From Dipteris shenzhenensis (Eukaryota): a stretch of 64,000 bases of DNA. The position numbers were made by a program, and so were the translations under genes. This document shows, in pieces, positions 1 to 11,549 of the stretch. Below the pieces are notes generated by a model, which made no database searches, was not told the DNA's origin, and saw nothing but the letters and a program-made list of their open reading frames with translations. Location: NCBI GenBank assembly GCA_047967505.1, contig CM106538.1; one strand, given 5' to 3'. Within the stretch, counting starts at the first letter, position 1; each line of letters starts with the position of its first letter.

Positions 1-1967
1 GTGTACATTGAGCATGGTGCATGTTTTTTGGAGTGTACCCAGACTGAGTTGTACACTCAGTTTGTAGAGGCGCACTTGGAGTTTAGGATTGGGCAGAGGT
101 CATTTGAGCGATGCAGGCCATGGTTTGTGCGATGCTCTCAGGAGCATGACACATGTTGTTGTCGCTACCATGTGGATTTTGGATTGATGTATGACGTATT
201 CCGTTCCCTTGATGGTCATAGGGGAGTGGTTCCTACTAGCCCTTGCGACTTCATTCATTCCATATTGTGTACACGAGATGGTGATGCTTTATTCCACTCC
301 CTTGATTGTGTGGAAGGCAGGTGTAATTTGTGTGGTGACTTTGCTAGAGTGCCACGAGTTGCACTAGATACTTGTGATGTGCAGATGGTTTGTTGGCAGC
401 AGTATGAGTACAGTACCTTGACATTAGATGGTGGTGCACAGTCGAGGAGGTTGCAGCTTGTGGGGAAGGAGACACATGTTGCATTCATCGACAGTTTTCA
501 AGGGAAGCTGTACCGCTACATACACCACTCGCACATTGCGAAATGGGAGGATCGTTAGTTCTATGCATGTTTGAGGACATTTCCTACAGGGGTGGTTGTC
601 TCAGTGGTGGACTTTGCAGAGAATTACACCTTTGCACCACAGCATGAGATCCAATCGGAGTATTATTTCTCCAAACAGGTGACATGTGATTGAGTATTGA
701 TTTTTTCCCCGCCTCATTATATTAAATTATTTCAATAGTCATATTTTTTTTCAATGCCATATTGTAGGTTGCTATATTTGTGCACATTAGCTATCGTCAT
801 GCACAGACTCATGTGGATGGCATTGATAGCACCATGGACTCACGCGTCATTGTGCGAGAGTATCACTTCTACATTAGTGATGATCGATCGCATGATGCCC
901 ATTTTGTGCAACATTGCTTCACTTTGCATGATAGTTTCTTGAGGGATCATGGTGTCACATGGCAGTGGCACTGGATCTGGTTAGATGGCTGTGGTGGTCA
1001 GTTCAAATCTGCTAGACAATTTTATTGGTTCTACAGATGGCACCGTGAGACAGGCATTCCGATCACATGGAGCTACTTCGAGACAAGGCACAGTAAGGGA
1101 GAGCATGATGGTGCAGGTGCTTACGTAAAGCATGCTTTGCATCGATACCAGTTGCATCACAGTGCCGATCGCTTCAAGGATGCACATGATGTGGTGCGGT
1201 GGTGTAGCCAGCACTTATCCACCAGTGCTATCTCCTCGTTTCAGTCACGTGACGATAGGGTGGTGAGTCAGTATTTTTGGTGCGTGGACATTGGGAGTCT
1301 TGATTGGTCTAGGCCTTTTGATTGTCGTTCAATGTCTGGCACTCTTGATTTCCATTCCATCAGGAGCATAGGTGAGTCTCACCCCGCGATCTTTTCTCGA
1401 CGGTTTGCATGTTTTTGCTCTGCATGCATTGATGATGATTGGAGAGGTTGCTCCATGATACCATGGGCCGATCCATGGGTACGGCGAGTGCTTTCTCCTT
1501 TCCAGCCTTGGGAGGAGGTACATGATGATCAGGATGCGGGATTCAGTTCCTCTAGATATTATGACTAGCTTACAGATATTTTGTGTATTGGTGATATCTT
1601 CGCGGTTATTGCTTCGGAGGGCAATGAGGAGGGTGTGGATTATTACTTGTTGTGATGCTCTATGCTGAAGAGTGTGCTAAATGAGGATACAGTGGATGGG
1701 CATGGGATGCACTTCAATGCTCATAGCATGATCATAGGTGGCCACTATTTTCAGCAGATACAGAGGCGTGGTCGCTATATTGAGTTCCAGGAGTACATGG
1801 TGGATCAGGAGGCATACATGTATTCTCATCTTGTTGTTGCGATCAAGATTACTTTGAGTCGTGTTCGCACTCGCAAGGTGACATCCACTCCACGATGGCA
1901 CCTTGCAGTGGCGGATCACGAGAGCATACTTGCAACTATTGGCATGAGAGTTGATCTTGAGGAGTAG
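1..1967 (+). pseudogene. Sola2-like DDD DNA transposase, spliced, inactivated by premature stops (5' end outside window)
   Basis: One reading frame joins ORFs 1-558, 780-1568 and 1662-1967 across stops TAG 556-558, TAG 1566-1568 and TGA 1653-1655 and a phase-0 GT-AG intron at 679-767 (SKQ|VAIFVH). Motifs: CCCRYH, CVEGRCNLCG, VVDFAENY (D at 610), WLDGCGGQFK (D at 984), ETRHSKGEHDGAGA (D at 1107), C-terminal CFCSAC. The superfamily label comes from motif recall only. Confidence 0.7.
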
Positions 1968-2299
1968 CACATTACATATCATATTTTTTGGGATCATCAG
2001 TTGATCAGATTGATTTTTATTGGGTATCACTAATTGATTACACATTTTTGTATTCGATATGTATAGGCTCACTATGTGACCGTACCATTGTAATTTTCAT
2101 GGACTCATATTTTGTATTTCACTCTGATGGTTGTATACACATTCATACACATCATTGTATTAGATTCTATTTTATACATGATGTCCGATGTCTTCTCAAT
2201 GGGATTTGTTGTGTTTGTAAAATAAAAAATTGTTTATTAGCAGTAATTTTGTCATTTGTTTTGTGCTTTAGGACATTTTAAAAACGTGACTAAGAAAAT

Positions 2300-4445
2300 T
2301 CATACACGTACTAACGAAATATGCATGTGGACTTATCTGTTGGTCCCTACTAGCACGACTACGTATGAAAAATGGTGCACGTACTAATGAAATACACATG
2401 TGGACATTTCTATTGGGGATGAAACTTTGCATGACTCTTAGGTCACCCTAGACATACATCCATGCAAGATTTAGTCTCCAATTGATTTGGTATGCACCAC
2501 GTGGAAGGTATAATGCGTGCATTTTTACAATCCCTACTAGCACGACTGCGGCAAAGCTATGGCGCACGTACTAATAAAATACACGTGTGGACTTATCTGT
2601 TGGTATGAAACTTCGCATGACTCTTAGGCCACCCTAGACATACATCCACGCGAGATTTGGTCTCAAACAGATTTGGTATGCTCCACGTGGAAGGTACAAT
2701 GTGTACATTTTTACAATCCCTACTAGCACGACTGTGGCAAAGCTATGGCGCATGTACTAATGAAATACGCATGTGGACTTAACTATTGGGGATGAAACTT
2801 CGCACGACTCTTAGGCCACCCTAGACATACATCCATGGAAGATTTGGTCTCGAACTGATTTGGTATGTGCCACGTGGAAGGTATAATGCGTACATTTTTA
2901 CAATCCCTACTAGCACAACTACGTATGAAAAATGGTGCACGTACTAACATAATATGCATGTGGACTTATCTATTGGAGATTAAACTTTGCACGGCTCTTA
3001 GGCTACCGTAGACGTACATCCACGCAAGATTTGATGTCCAACTGATTTGGTATGCACCACGTGGAAGGTATAATGCATACATTTTTACAATCCCTACTAG
3101 CACAACTACGTATGAAAAATGGCGCACGTACTAATGAAATATGCATGTGGGCTTATCTATTGGGGATGAAACTTCACATGGCTCTTAGACTACCCTAGAC
3201 GTACATCCACGCAAGATTTGGTGTCCAACCCTACTAAACCCTAAACCCTAAACCCTAAACCCTGTTGGGGATGAAACTTCACACGGCTCTTAGACTCCCT
3301 AGACGTACATCCATGCAAGATTTGGTGTCCAACTGATTTGGTATGCGCCATGTGGAAGGTATAATGCGTACATTTTTACAATCCCTACTAGCACGACTAA
3401 ACCCTAAACCCTAAACCCTGAACCCGGTTGGGGATGAAACTCCACACGGCTCTTAGGCTACCCTAGATGTAGATCCATGCAAGATTTGGTGTCCAATTGA
3501 TTTGGTATGTGCCACGAGGAAGGTATAATGCGTACATTTTTACAATCCCCAGTAGCACGACTAAACCCTAAACCCTAAACCCTAGACCCTAAACCCTGTT
3601 GGGGATGAAACTTCACATGGCTCTTAGGCTACCCTAGACATACATCCATGCAAATTTTGGTGTCCAATTGATTTGGTTTACACCACGTGGAAGGTATAAT
3701 GTGTACATTTGTATAATCCCTACTAGCACGACTAAACCCTAAACCCTAAACCCTATTGGGCATGAAACTTTGCACGGCTCTTAGGCTACCCTAGACATAC
3801 ATCCACGCAAGATTTGGTGTCCAATTGATTTGGTATGCGCCACATGGAAGGTATAATGCATACATTTTTACAATCCCTACTAGCACGACTAAACCCTAAA
3901 CCCTAAACCCTGTTGGGGATGAAACTTCACACGGCTCTCAGGCTACCCTAGACGTTCATCCACGCAATATTTGGTCTCCAACTGATTTGGTATTCACCAC
4001 GTGAAAGGTATAATGCATACATTTTTATAATCCGTACTAGCATGACTAAACCCTAAACCCTAAACCCTGTTGGGGATGAAACTTCACATGGCTCTTGGCT
4101 ACCCGAGACATACATCCATGCAAGATTTGGTCTCCAACTAATTTGGTATGCACCACATGGAAGGTCTAATGCGTACATTTTTGCAAGCACTCCCTACTTG
4201 TGATTGCATATGAAAAATGGCGCACGTACTAACCAAATATGCATGTGGACTTATCTGTTGGGGATTAAACTTTGCACGGCTCTTAGGCTACCCTAGACGT
4301 ACATCCATGCAAGATTTGGTCTCCAACTGATTTGGTATGTGCCACATGGAAGGTATAATGCATACATCCATGCAAGATTTGGTCTCCAACTGATTTCGTA
4401 TGTGCCACGTGGAAGGTATAATCCCTACTAGTGACTACGTATGAA
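2300..4445. repeat. Tandem array of ~12 units of a 187-bp monomer (157-171-bp variants carry telomeric repeats)
   Basis: The GAAACTT/TAAACTT anchor recurs at 2421, 2607, 2794, 2981, 3168, 3273, 3436, 3607, 3764, 3921, 4078 and 4266. Shared motifs include GGCTACCCTAGACATACATCC and CACGTGGAAGGTATAATG. Confidence 0.95.
3234..4068. repeat. Six short interstitial telomeric tracts (CCCTAAA)3-5 embedded in the array
   Basis: TAAACCC tracts at ~3234-3263, 3396-3425, 3561-3597, 3732-3754, 3889-3911 and 4046-4068, each followed by (T)GTTGGGGATGAAAC or a close variant. Confidence 0.95.
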
Positions 4446-4447
4446 AA

Positions 4448-4524
4448 ATGGCAAGCATTGATATATACAAAATTCAATATGATATTCAAAATGATAAAGT
4501 TCATAGCACGAGAGAGCTCTAGAA

Positions 4525-4572
<48 letters not shown>

Positions 4573-4809
4573 TATACTTGAACACCTTTTCAATGCTTAA
4601 TGTTTACAATTATGACACACGGCATTATTTTTAAAATACCTTATGTATTAGATGTGTGAATTGAGATATCTAAAATTCAAAATCATACTCTTAATTTTAA
4701 ATACGCACATGGGGATGAAACTTCGCACGGCTCTTAGGTTTAGTATAATAATTGCAAGCATTGATATATACGAAATTCAATATGATATTCAAAATGATAA
4801 AGTTCATAG

Positions 4810-4851
<42 letters not shown>

Positions 4852-4985
4852 TATACTTGAACACTTTTTCAATGCTTAATGTTTACAATTACTTCACATG
4901 GCATTCTTTTTTAAATACCTTATGTATTAGATGTGTGAATTGAGATATTTGAAATTCAAAATCATACTCCTAATTTTAAATGTTT
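4448..4985. repeat. ~300-bp direct duplication, each copy with a (GA)n microsatellite
   Basis: GCAAGCATTGATATATAC...(GA)n CCTTATACTTGAACAC...AAATCATACTC occurs at ~4451-4700 and ~4754-4985. A fragment of the 187-bp monomer (4708-4738) lies between the copies. Confidence 0.9.
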
Positions 4986-5172
4986 ATGTTAGATTTGAAC
5001 AAACTATAAATTGAGATAAACAAAGTAAGAAGAACATCATGAAAGTACGAAAATGCTCATACATCATAAAAGTAAGAACAATATCATGAAAGTACCAAAA
5101 TGAATGTGTACATCATCATCATCATCGTGCAGAAGTGCATCCCTAAAAAAGAAATGTGTGAAGCCTAAACAA

Positions 5173-7320
5173 TCATCTTGAATTAGAATCTGATAACTCC
5201 ACATATGATCCTCTAGTCATCCTCTGACGTGGCTCCTGTATGACCTGCTGCGCAACCGTCCGCTATGTGCCCTCAGGCAAAGCCGATCAGATGGGCCAGC
5301 CTCATCTCTTACATGAGATTGGCCAGCCTCATCCTAATGAAGAGGAGAGCATGCTGCATGAGCCACCACTGCCATCTCTACCTCCCTTGCCTTCTCTATG
5401 TATGTGCATCTCAGCTCCCAAAGTCATGCATCTACGAATACTCGTGCCTCAAATCTAGCGCGAGTAATCATCTCTACATGTAGAAGATGCTGGTCTCGGC
5501 CCCGCCGCCCAAGCTGCTGCTCCACCCACTGCTACAATGATGTCTGCAGCTCTGCCTCTCGCTCAATACGGCATGCCTCCTCTACTCGTGTCTTGTCACC
5601 TGGCATGAAATCACCATATGAGAAGCATCGTGGAACACACGCTGCAACCATAGATGTATCAACACCCTCCTGCATCAGCAAAGCTCTCTACGCCTCCTCC
5701 CTGTAGTGCTCTATCAAGACCACGTGGGCGAATGGATCAATGGCCTGACGATGACCAAGATACAGATCATCCATGCCTAGTCCTCTGTATGTGGCCACAT
5801 CAATGTCAGCAAAGCATACAGGGCACACTGATCATGCCACCATGTGGCGGGTCATGCAATGGAGATGTGCGATGTGGCCACACCCTAGTCCAAACCACCC
5901 TACGGTGTCAAACTCCTCGTGGCAAAGGACGCAAGTGGTGGTAGGAAGCCTGGCTATGACTACTGCATCTATGGGTGTCCTAGTCAGCACATCTATAGGA
6001 GGAGCAGGGTATAGGGCCACGTTGGGGTCGATCCTATGGCGAGATGGATCACGACTAATATGTCTCAACTGCAAAATATAGTGCTCCGCACGATGGTATG
6101 CTATGTGTGTCCGAATCTTCTGCTCCTCCAAATCTACCTCCAACAGTCGTACATGAGACTCCATATCCTGTCACAATAGATGTTCCTGCAATGCAAACAT
6201 GTCGCGTACATGGTGAGAATTAACCAAAAAACTTCAGTTCAAAACACGCTACAAAAAAATAAACTAAAATAATCAGAATAACTAACCTTGTCCCTAGACT
6301 CGGCCAACAATGCCTCCAACTCTACAATCCATGCATCTCGAGTCTCCAACTCATGCTGAGGTGGTGTAGATGTGGGAGGCAGTGTAGATGTGGGAGGCTC
6401 CATCGATGTGGGAGGTGGGGGAGGTGGAATCGAAAGTGATCTCGATAGGGCAGAGACCATGTGGTGCAAGGATGATATCACTGAATGAACATCCCCCCTA
6501 ATCCATCCTCCAACAGCTTGCAATGCTGGTGCAGGGATAGTGTGCAACTCTGGTGCCTCGCGTCGACACCGAACACCTGCAGTGTGATGCTCTTGATGCC
6601 CCATCCTACCATGTCCTGCTCCCGATCCTGGACGGGTACTAAGGTATACTACCCGATGACCAAGCACAAACTCAGTGTATAGCTACATGGCAAATGACCT
6701 GGCTATCTGACGGTTGTGAGGCAATCGACCACCATTCGTAGCGAGATATCTCAGATAAATGTGTGCTGCTATGATGGGGTGCCTACAACGTAAAATATGC
6801 AAGGGCAACCCTGATCGTGGTCGCATCGCCTCAGTGTGACCATCCCAAAACATATCCTCTAAGGCCTGCCTGTGAGGTGGTGACTCATGCTCAAACAACT
6901 GTCGAATGGCTCTCCAATCCAAGCCATGACCAGTGATCTCTGCTTGAGCCTGTGCCTGAAAGCTATCCACAACGTCCTCAATTGTGTCCAATTGACCCAG
7001 AGCCTCAAAAATTGAATCTAGACTCGCAACCAAGTGAAGGGGTGCCCTAGCAACCTGCAGTGCCCTCATCTCAGCTCTCAGAATCTCTATCTGCATACGA
7101 ATAGTGGTGCCAGAATTTGTGCGCTGCCTAGCGCATGCACAAAAAAAACACATGGAAATTAATAATCTATTTGGGTAATGAAATAATATTCTATTCAATA
7201 TGAGTTATAATCTATTTACGTAATGAAAACTATTTGTACGTACTCCTTGATGAGGTAGGATGTCGTTGGGATCATCCTATGCACCTACCGGTAGATGGGC
7301 CAAATGTGTGGCTCAATATT
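5173..7320 (-). pseudogene. Decayed spliced gene with a RING-H2 (C3H2C3) finger, probably a transposon accessory ORF
   Basis: ORFs 6683-7198, 6239-6667 and 5832-6164 join in frame through stops and GT-AG introns at 7128-7243 and 6186-6286. RING-H2 at 5814-5933 reads CVLC...CGHIAHLHC...(TGA)SVCPVC. There is a Pro-rich linker and a coiled-coil-like segment. Both ends are approximate and a frameshift near 5280 is possible. Confidence 0.65.
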
Positions 7321-7535
7321 ATGTTTATCAAACTCAATATTATTAAAAATTCTTAATTTTGATTAAAATTTTTTCAAACTCTGGTTGTTGCATTTTTAAA
7401 CTTAGATGTCTCAAATATTTTTTCCTTATATGTTTCCCTTTTTTTACTTTTTATCCAATTGATGGAATTAACTATATGGCTCAATTATTGATGGGACTTT
7501 TTAATCTAAGCACACACACACTTTTTTGTGTGTGG

Positions 7536-7537
<2 letters not shown>

Positions 7538-7629
<92 letters not shown>
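7538..7629. repeat. Compound (CT)n(CA)n microsatellite
   Basis: Directly visible. Confidence 0.95.
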
Positions 7630-8989
7630 TGTAACACACTCTTAGTAACCCTTGTATTTCTTTGCATTTATCAGTACTTTGAGGACCCTAGTAAGAAGAC
7701 TCATTATGATCTGTGTTTGTTAACTATACAGATTCTAACAAGGCTGTAGGTTTAAGAGATGGTATTGAGGAGAATCTCTATATTTTATTCCCCAAGATAA
7801 TACACGTGGTTGGGGCAAGTATTATTATACTTGATTAACTTATTTTCCAAAATAAGGAGAATTGTATTTTTTTAAATGCCTTTCTCGCTCTTTGGAAACT
7901 TTTCCACATGTGGTGTAAGGACCACATTGTCCACTTATGGCCCCTATACTAAGGACAGATAGTGGAGAGGTTTGGTTAATAAGATCTTCTTTGAATGCTT
8001 TACTGCCTTGGGTTTGCACTAGATATGGAGGAGATAGAAGGATATCTAATACATTACTTTGAACGATACACAAGCAAGGCGCATCTAGTATTTCTCGGAC
8101 TACACATTAAAAAAGAGAGCGTGTTAACACTACAGACCTTTTAAAGCGAGAACTTTGAGAAAATAATTAGGCCTTTTCAATATTATCTATTTTGGTTGGG
8201 CAATCCACCTCAACTAGTGGCCATTCCTATAGATCATCACTTGGTTCCCATGCCTGGGGAGAGAGGAGACCTTTGGACAATCATTTGCGTATGTGTTTTC
8301 CATGCGCTGATGCATTTAGAAGATCCAATTAGCCATACGCTTATGCATCTAACCACTCTAGTGTTGGGGTCTTTGCCATATGGCCAAGCAAAACAATAGA
8401 TGTTCTACATGGGTAGCACAATGTCTTAGTAGGGTGGGTTGCATGTGGGCAATCATCCTCGGATGATGCATCATTGGATAGACTTCATTCATCCCATGCT
8501 CAATTTAGGCTGGAAAGTAGAAAACGCTTTTCCAATTTCATTTGACCCCCAAGTAAATGGTGTGAATGAAGCCAAGTTACTACGCTTTGGGCCATGCTAT
8601 ACTAAGGATAGAAATAGAAGATACTTTTTTGTCATTATGTGAGCGTCAAGTGAGAGGATGTAGGTGGGCGCCAGGTGGGAAGGAACGAGTTATTTTGCTC
8701 AAGACATGAAAGAAAAAATCATTTTGCTAATATAAGGGAGAAACTCACATACCACATGACATTGAATATTGCTTGCTCTTTTATCCCAAGGATGATGAGG
8801 ACATGATTAGCTATGCTGGGATACATTTTTAGGATAATGCCCATGTGGTGTGGTGTTTTAGGGATAATGCCCATGTGTTTTATACAGCCTACTTACTCTA
8901 CCTAAATTATGAAACAACTCTTAACCAACTATATAATCTATGATATTCCACATAAAGATTGATAAACGCACACCGCTACCTAGTACTCC

Positions 8990-10400
8990 TATTTTCTTTT
9001 TTTTTAAAAGATGATTTTGAAGACTAAAATTTAAACATTTTTTTATTAAAATAAAAATAGCACCAATTTGAAAAATAACATAAAACCTACTTTAATCTCT
9101 CTTTTTTTAAATAGATGAATTTAGAAAACAAAACATATACATTTTCACATTTTAAATAAAAAATTACGTAATTAAAAAAAATTATTTTAAAAAACTTTAA
9201 AATGCATTTGAAATTTTGAAATATTTTATAATTAGATTACATATTCCTATAAACTAAAATAATATAAAAGCTACTTTAAATTCTTATTTTCTTTTTTTTA
9301 ATAGATGATTTCTAAAAACAAAATTTAAACGTTATATTCAATTCAAAACTTCAGTAATTTATAAACTTCAATTATAATTTTTTTTAAATAGATGATTTTA
9401 AAAAATAAATTATATACTTTTTGACATTTAAATAAAACTTCACTAACTAAAATAACTTACATAACATAAAAGCTACCTTAAACTCTTATTTTCTTTTTTT
9501 TTAAAGATCATTTTTAAAAATAAAATTTAAATGTTTTTTTATTTAATTAAAAATAGCACTAATTTAAAAAATAACTTTAATCTCTTTTTTAAAAAGATGA
9601 TTTTAAAAAACAAAATATATACATTTTCACATTTTAAATAAAAAATTACGTAATTTCAAATATAATTTAAAAAAACTTTAAAATGCATTTCAATTTTAGA
9701 AATATTTTATAATTATTCCTATAAACTAAAATTTAAACGTTATATTTAATTCAAAACTTCACTAATTTAAAAAATAACATGCAAACTACTTTAATCCCTC
9801 TTTTTTTTAATAGATGATTTTAAAAAACAAAATATATACTTTCTTGACATTTAAATAAAAACTTCACAATCTTAAATAACATAAAAGCTACCTTAAAATC
9901 TTATTTTTACATTTTAAAGAAAAAATTACGTAATTAAAAAAAATTATTTAAAAAATTTTTAAATTGCATTTGAAATTTTAAAATATTTTATAATTACATT
10001 ACATTTTCCTATAAACTAAAATAATATAAAAGCTACTTTAAACTCTTATTTTCTTTTTTTTAATAGATGATTTCTAAAAACAAAATTTAAACGTTTTTTT
10101 ATTTAAATAAAAATAGCACTAATTTAAAAGATAACTTTAATCTCTCTTTTTTAAAAGATGATTTTAAAAAATAAAATATTCACATTTTCAATAAAAATAT
10201 CGTAATTCTTAAAAAAAACTTTAAAATGCATTTGAAATTTAGAAATATTTGATAATTATTCCTCAAATTTTTTTTGCGGTCGACGTTGAGCCTACGGCAC
10301 CCATGGACATGGGATTAGAATTAGGCTAGAAAATAGACAAACAACTCAACGATTCCGACGGTGAGTCCTATAAACTAAAATTTAAATAAATTTTAGCAAA
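8990..10400. repeat. Extremely AT-rich region built from shuffled duplicated blocks
   Basis: Recurrent motifs AGATGATTTT(T)AAAAAACAAAAT, AAAATTACGTAATT, TGCATTTGAAATTTT and CCTATAAACTAAAA, each in 3-7 copies. Confidence 0.8.
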
Positions 10401-10427
10401 AAAAAATGCTACATAAAAAAAACCTTA

Positions 10428-10908
10428 CCTGGACTCTCCTGCTCCGTCCATCTCCGTCGTCGTTCGTCGGTCACTCTCCGTCGCTACTGCAATTCCGTTG
10501 ACCTCCCGCAAATCCGAAATCGGTCGATGAGAAGGAGCTCGATCGAGGTATGAAGAATGAGGGGGGTCACTCTCTTTATATAAGAAAATTTAGGGTTTCC
10601 CTACCTCGATCGAGGTATTTCACATGCAACATACATATCGCTCCATCATACCTCGATCGAGGTATATACATGCCACGATACCTCGATCGAGGTATCATAC
10701 ATGCCACATGTACATCGTTCCATCATACCTCCATCATACCTCGATCGAGGTATTTGACATGCTCCGTTGTTGTCCGTCGGTCACTCTCCGTCGCTGCTGC
10801 AATTCCGTCGACCTCCCACAAATCCGAAATCGGTCGATGAGGAGGAGCTCGATCGAGGTATGAAGAATGAGGGGGGTCACTCTTTTTATATAAGAAAATT
10901 TAGGGTTT
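10428..10908 (-). promoter_or_regulatory. Duplicated (310-bp period) minus-strand promoter-like unit: telo-box, TATA, short first exon and strong splice donor
   Basis: On the minus strand, AAACCCTAA (10590-10598, repeated at ~10900) precedes TATATAAA (10575-10582, repeated at ~10885). A CAG|GTAAGG donor at 10428 leads into the T-rich region and points toward the RING gene. Function is inferred. Confidence 0.45.
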
Positions 10909-11456
10909 CCCTACCTCGATCGACGTATTTCACATGCAACATACATATCGCTCCATCATACCTCGATCGAGGTATCGTACATGCCACATGTACATCGCTC
11001 CATCATACCTCATACACATCGGCACATCTACGTTGATCGAGGTATTTGACATGCCCCATACACATCGGCACATCTACGTTGATCGAGGTACTGACCTGCC
11101 ACGATACCTCGATCGAGGTAAGTCAGCAGTAGACGGATGCCACATATCTCGATTGACGTATTTGACATGCGGCCAAGTCATCGATCCCGCATACCTCGAT
11201 CGAGGTATGTGAACTGCCTTGTCGGATGGCACATACCTTGATCTAGGTGTAGCTGGACATGCCACGATACCTCAATTGAGGTATAGCTGGATTACCAGGC
11301 TACCTCAAACGAGGTATAGGTGGCATGCCAAAAGACCTCGATCGAGGTATAGGCTCAGTTCGGTGAAAAAAGTTCAGGACCTCGATCGAGGTATGGGCTT
11401 GGCTCGATTGTCCTCATGTGTGATTTTCATTGGAGATAATACCTCGATCGAGGTAT
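10540..11456. repeat. Cluster of ~19 copies of the palindrome (A)TACCTCGATCGAGGTA(T)
   Basis: Near-perfect copies at ~10602, 10648, 10678, 10736, 10958, 11104, 11191, 11334, 11378 and 11438, plus degenerate copies such as ATACCTCAATTGAGGTAT at ~11267. Confidence 0.95.
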
Positions 11457-11549
11457 GGCAGACCGAAGCAAAAGCTTTGTATTTTCACTCAAGTGGGTGT
11501 CACACTCACCCGAAAGTGGTCCGGAAGTGGACACCCTTAGCTTGCTACC

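Noticed and set aside
3234-4068. True telomere or chromosome end
   Set aside because: The tracts are only 3-5 units each and are embedded in satellite monomers with ordinary sequence on both sides.
11267-11284. ATACCTCAATTGAGGTAT as a compensatory mutation proving hairpin selection
   Set aside because: Both changes are ordinary CpG deaminations on opposite strands and need no selection.
10540-11456. CRISPR-like repeat-spacer array
   Set aside because: Eukaryotic context, no cas genes, irregular spacing, and spacers partly duplicated or related to each other.
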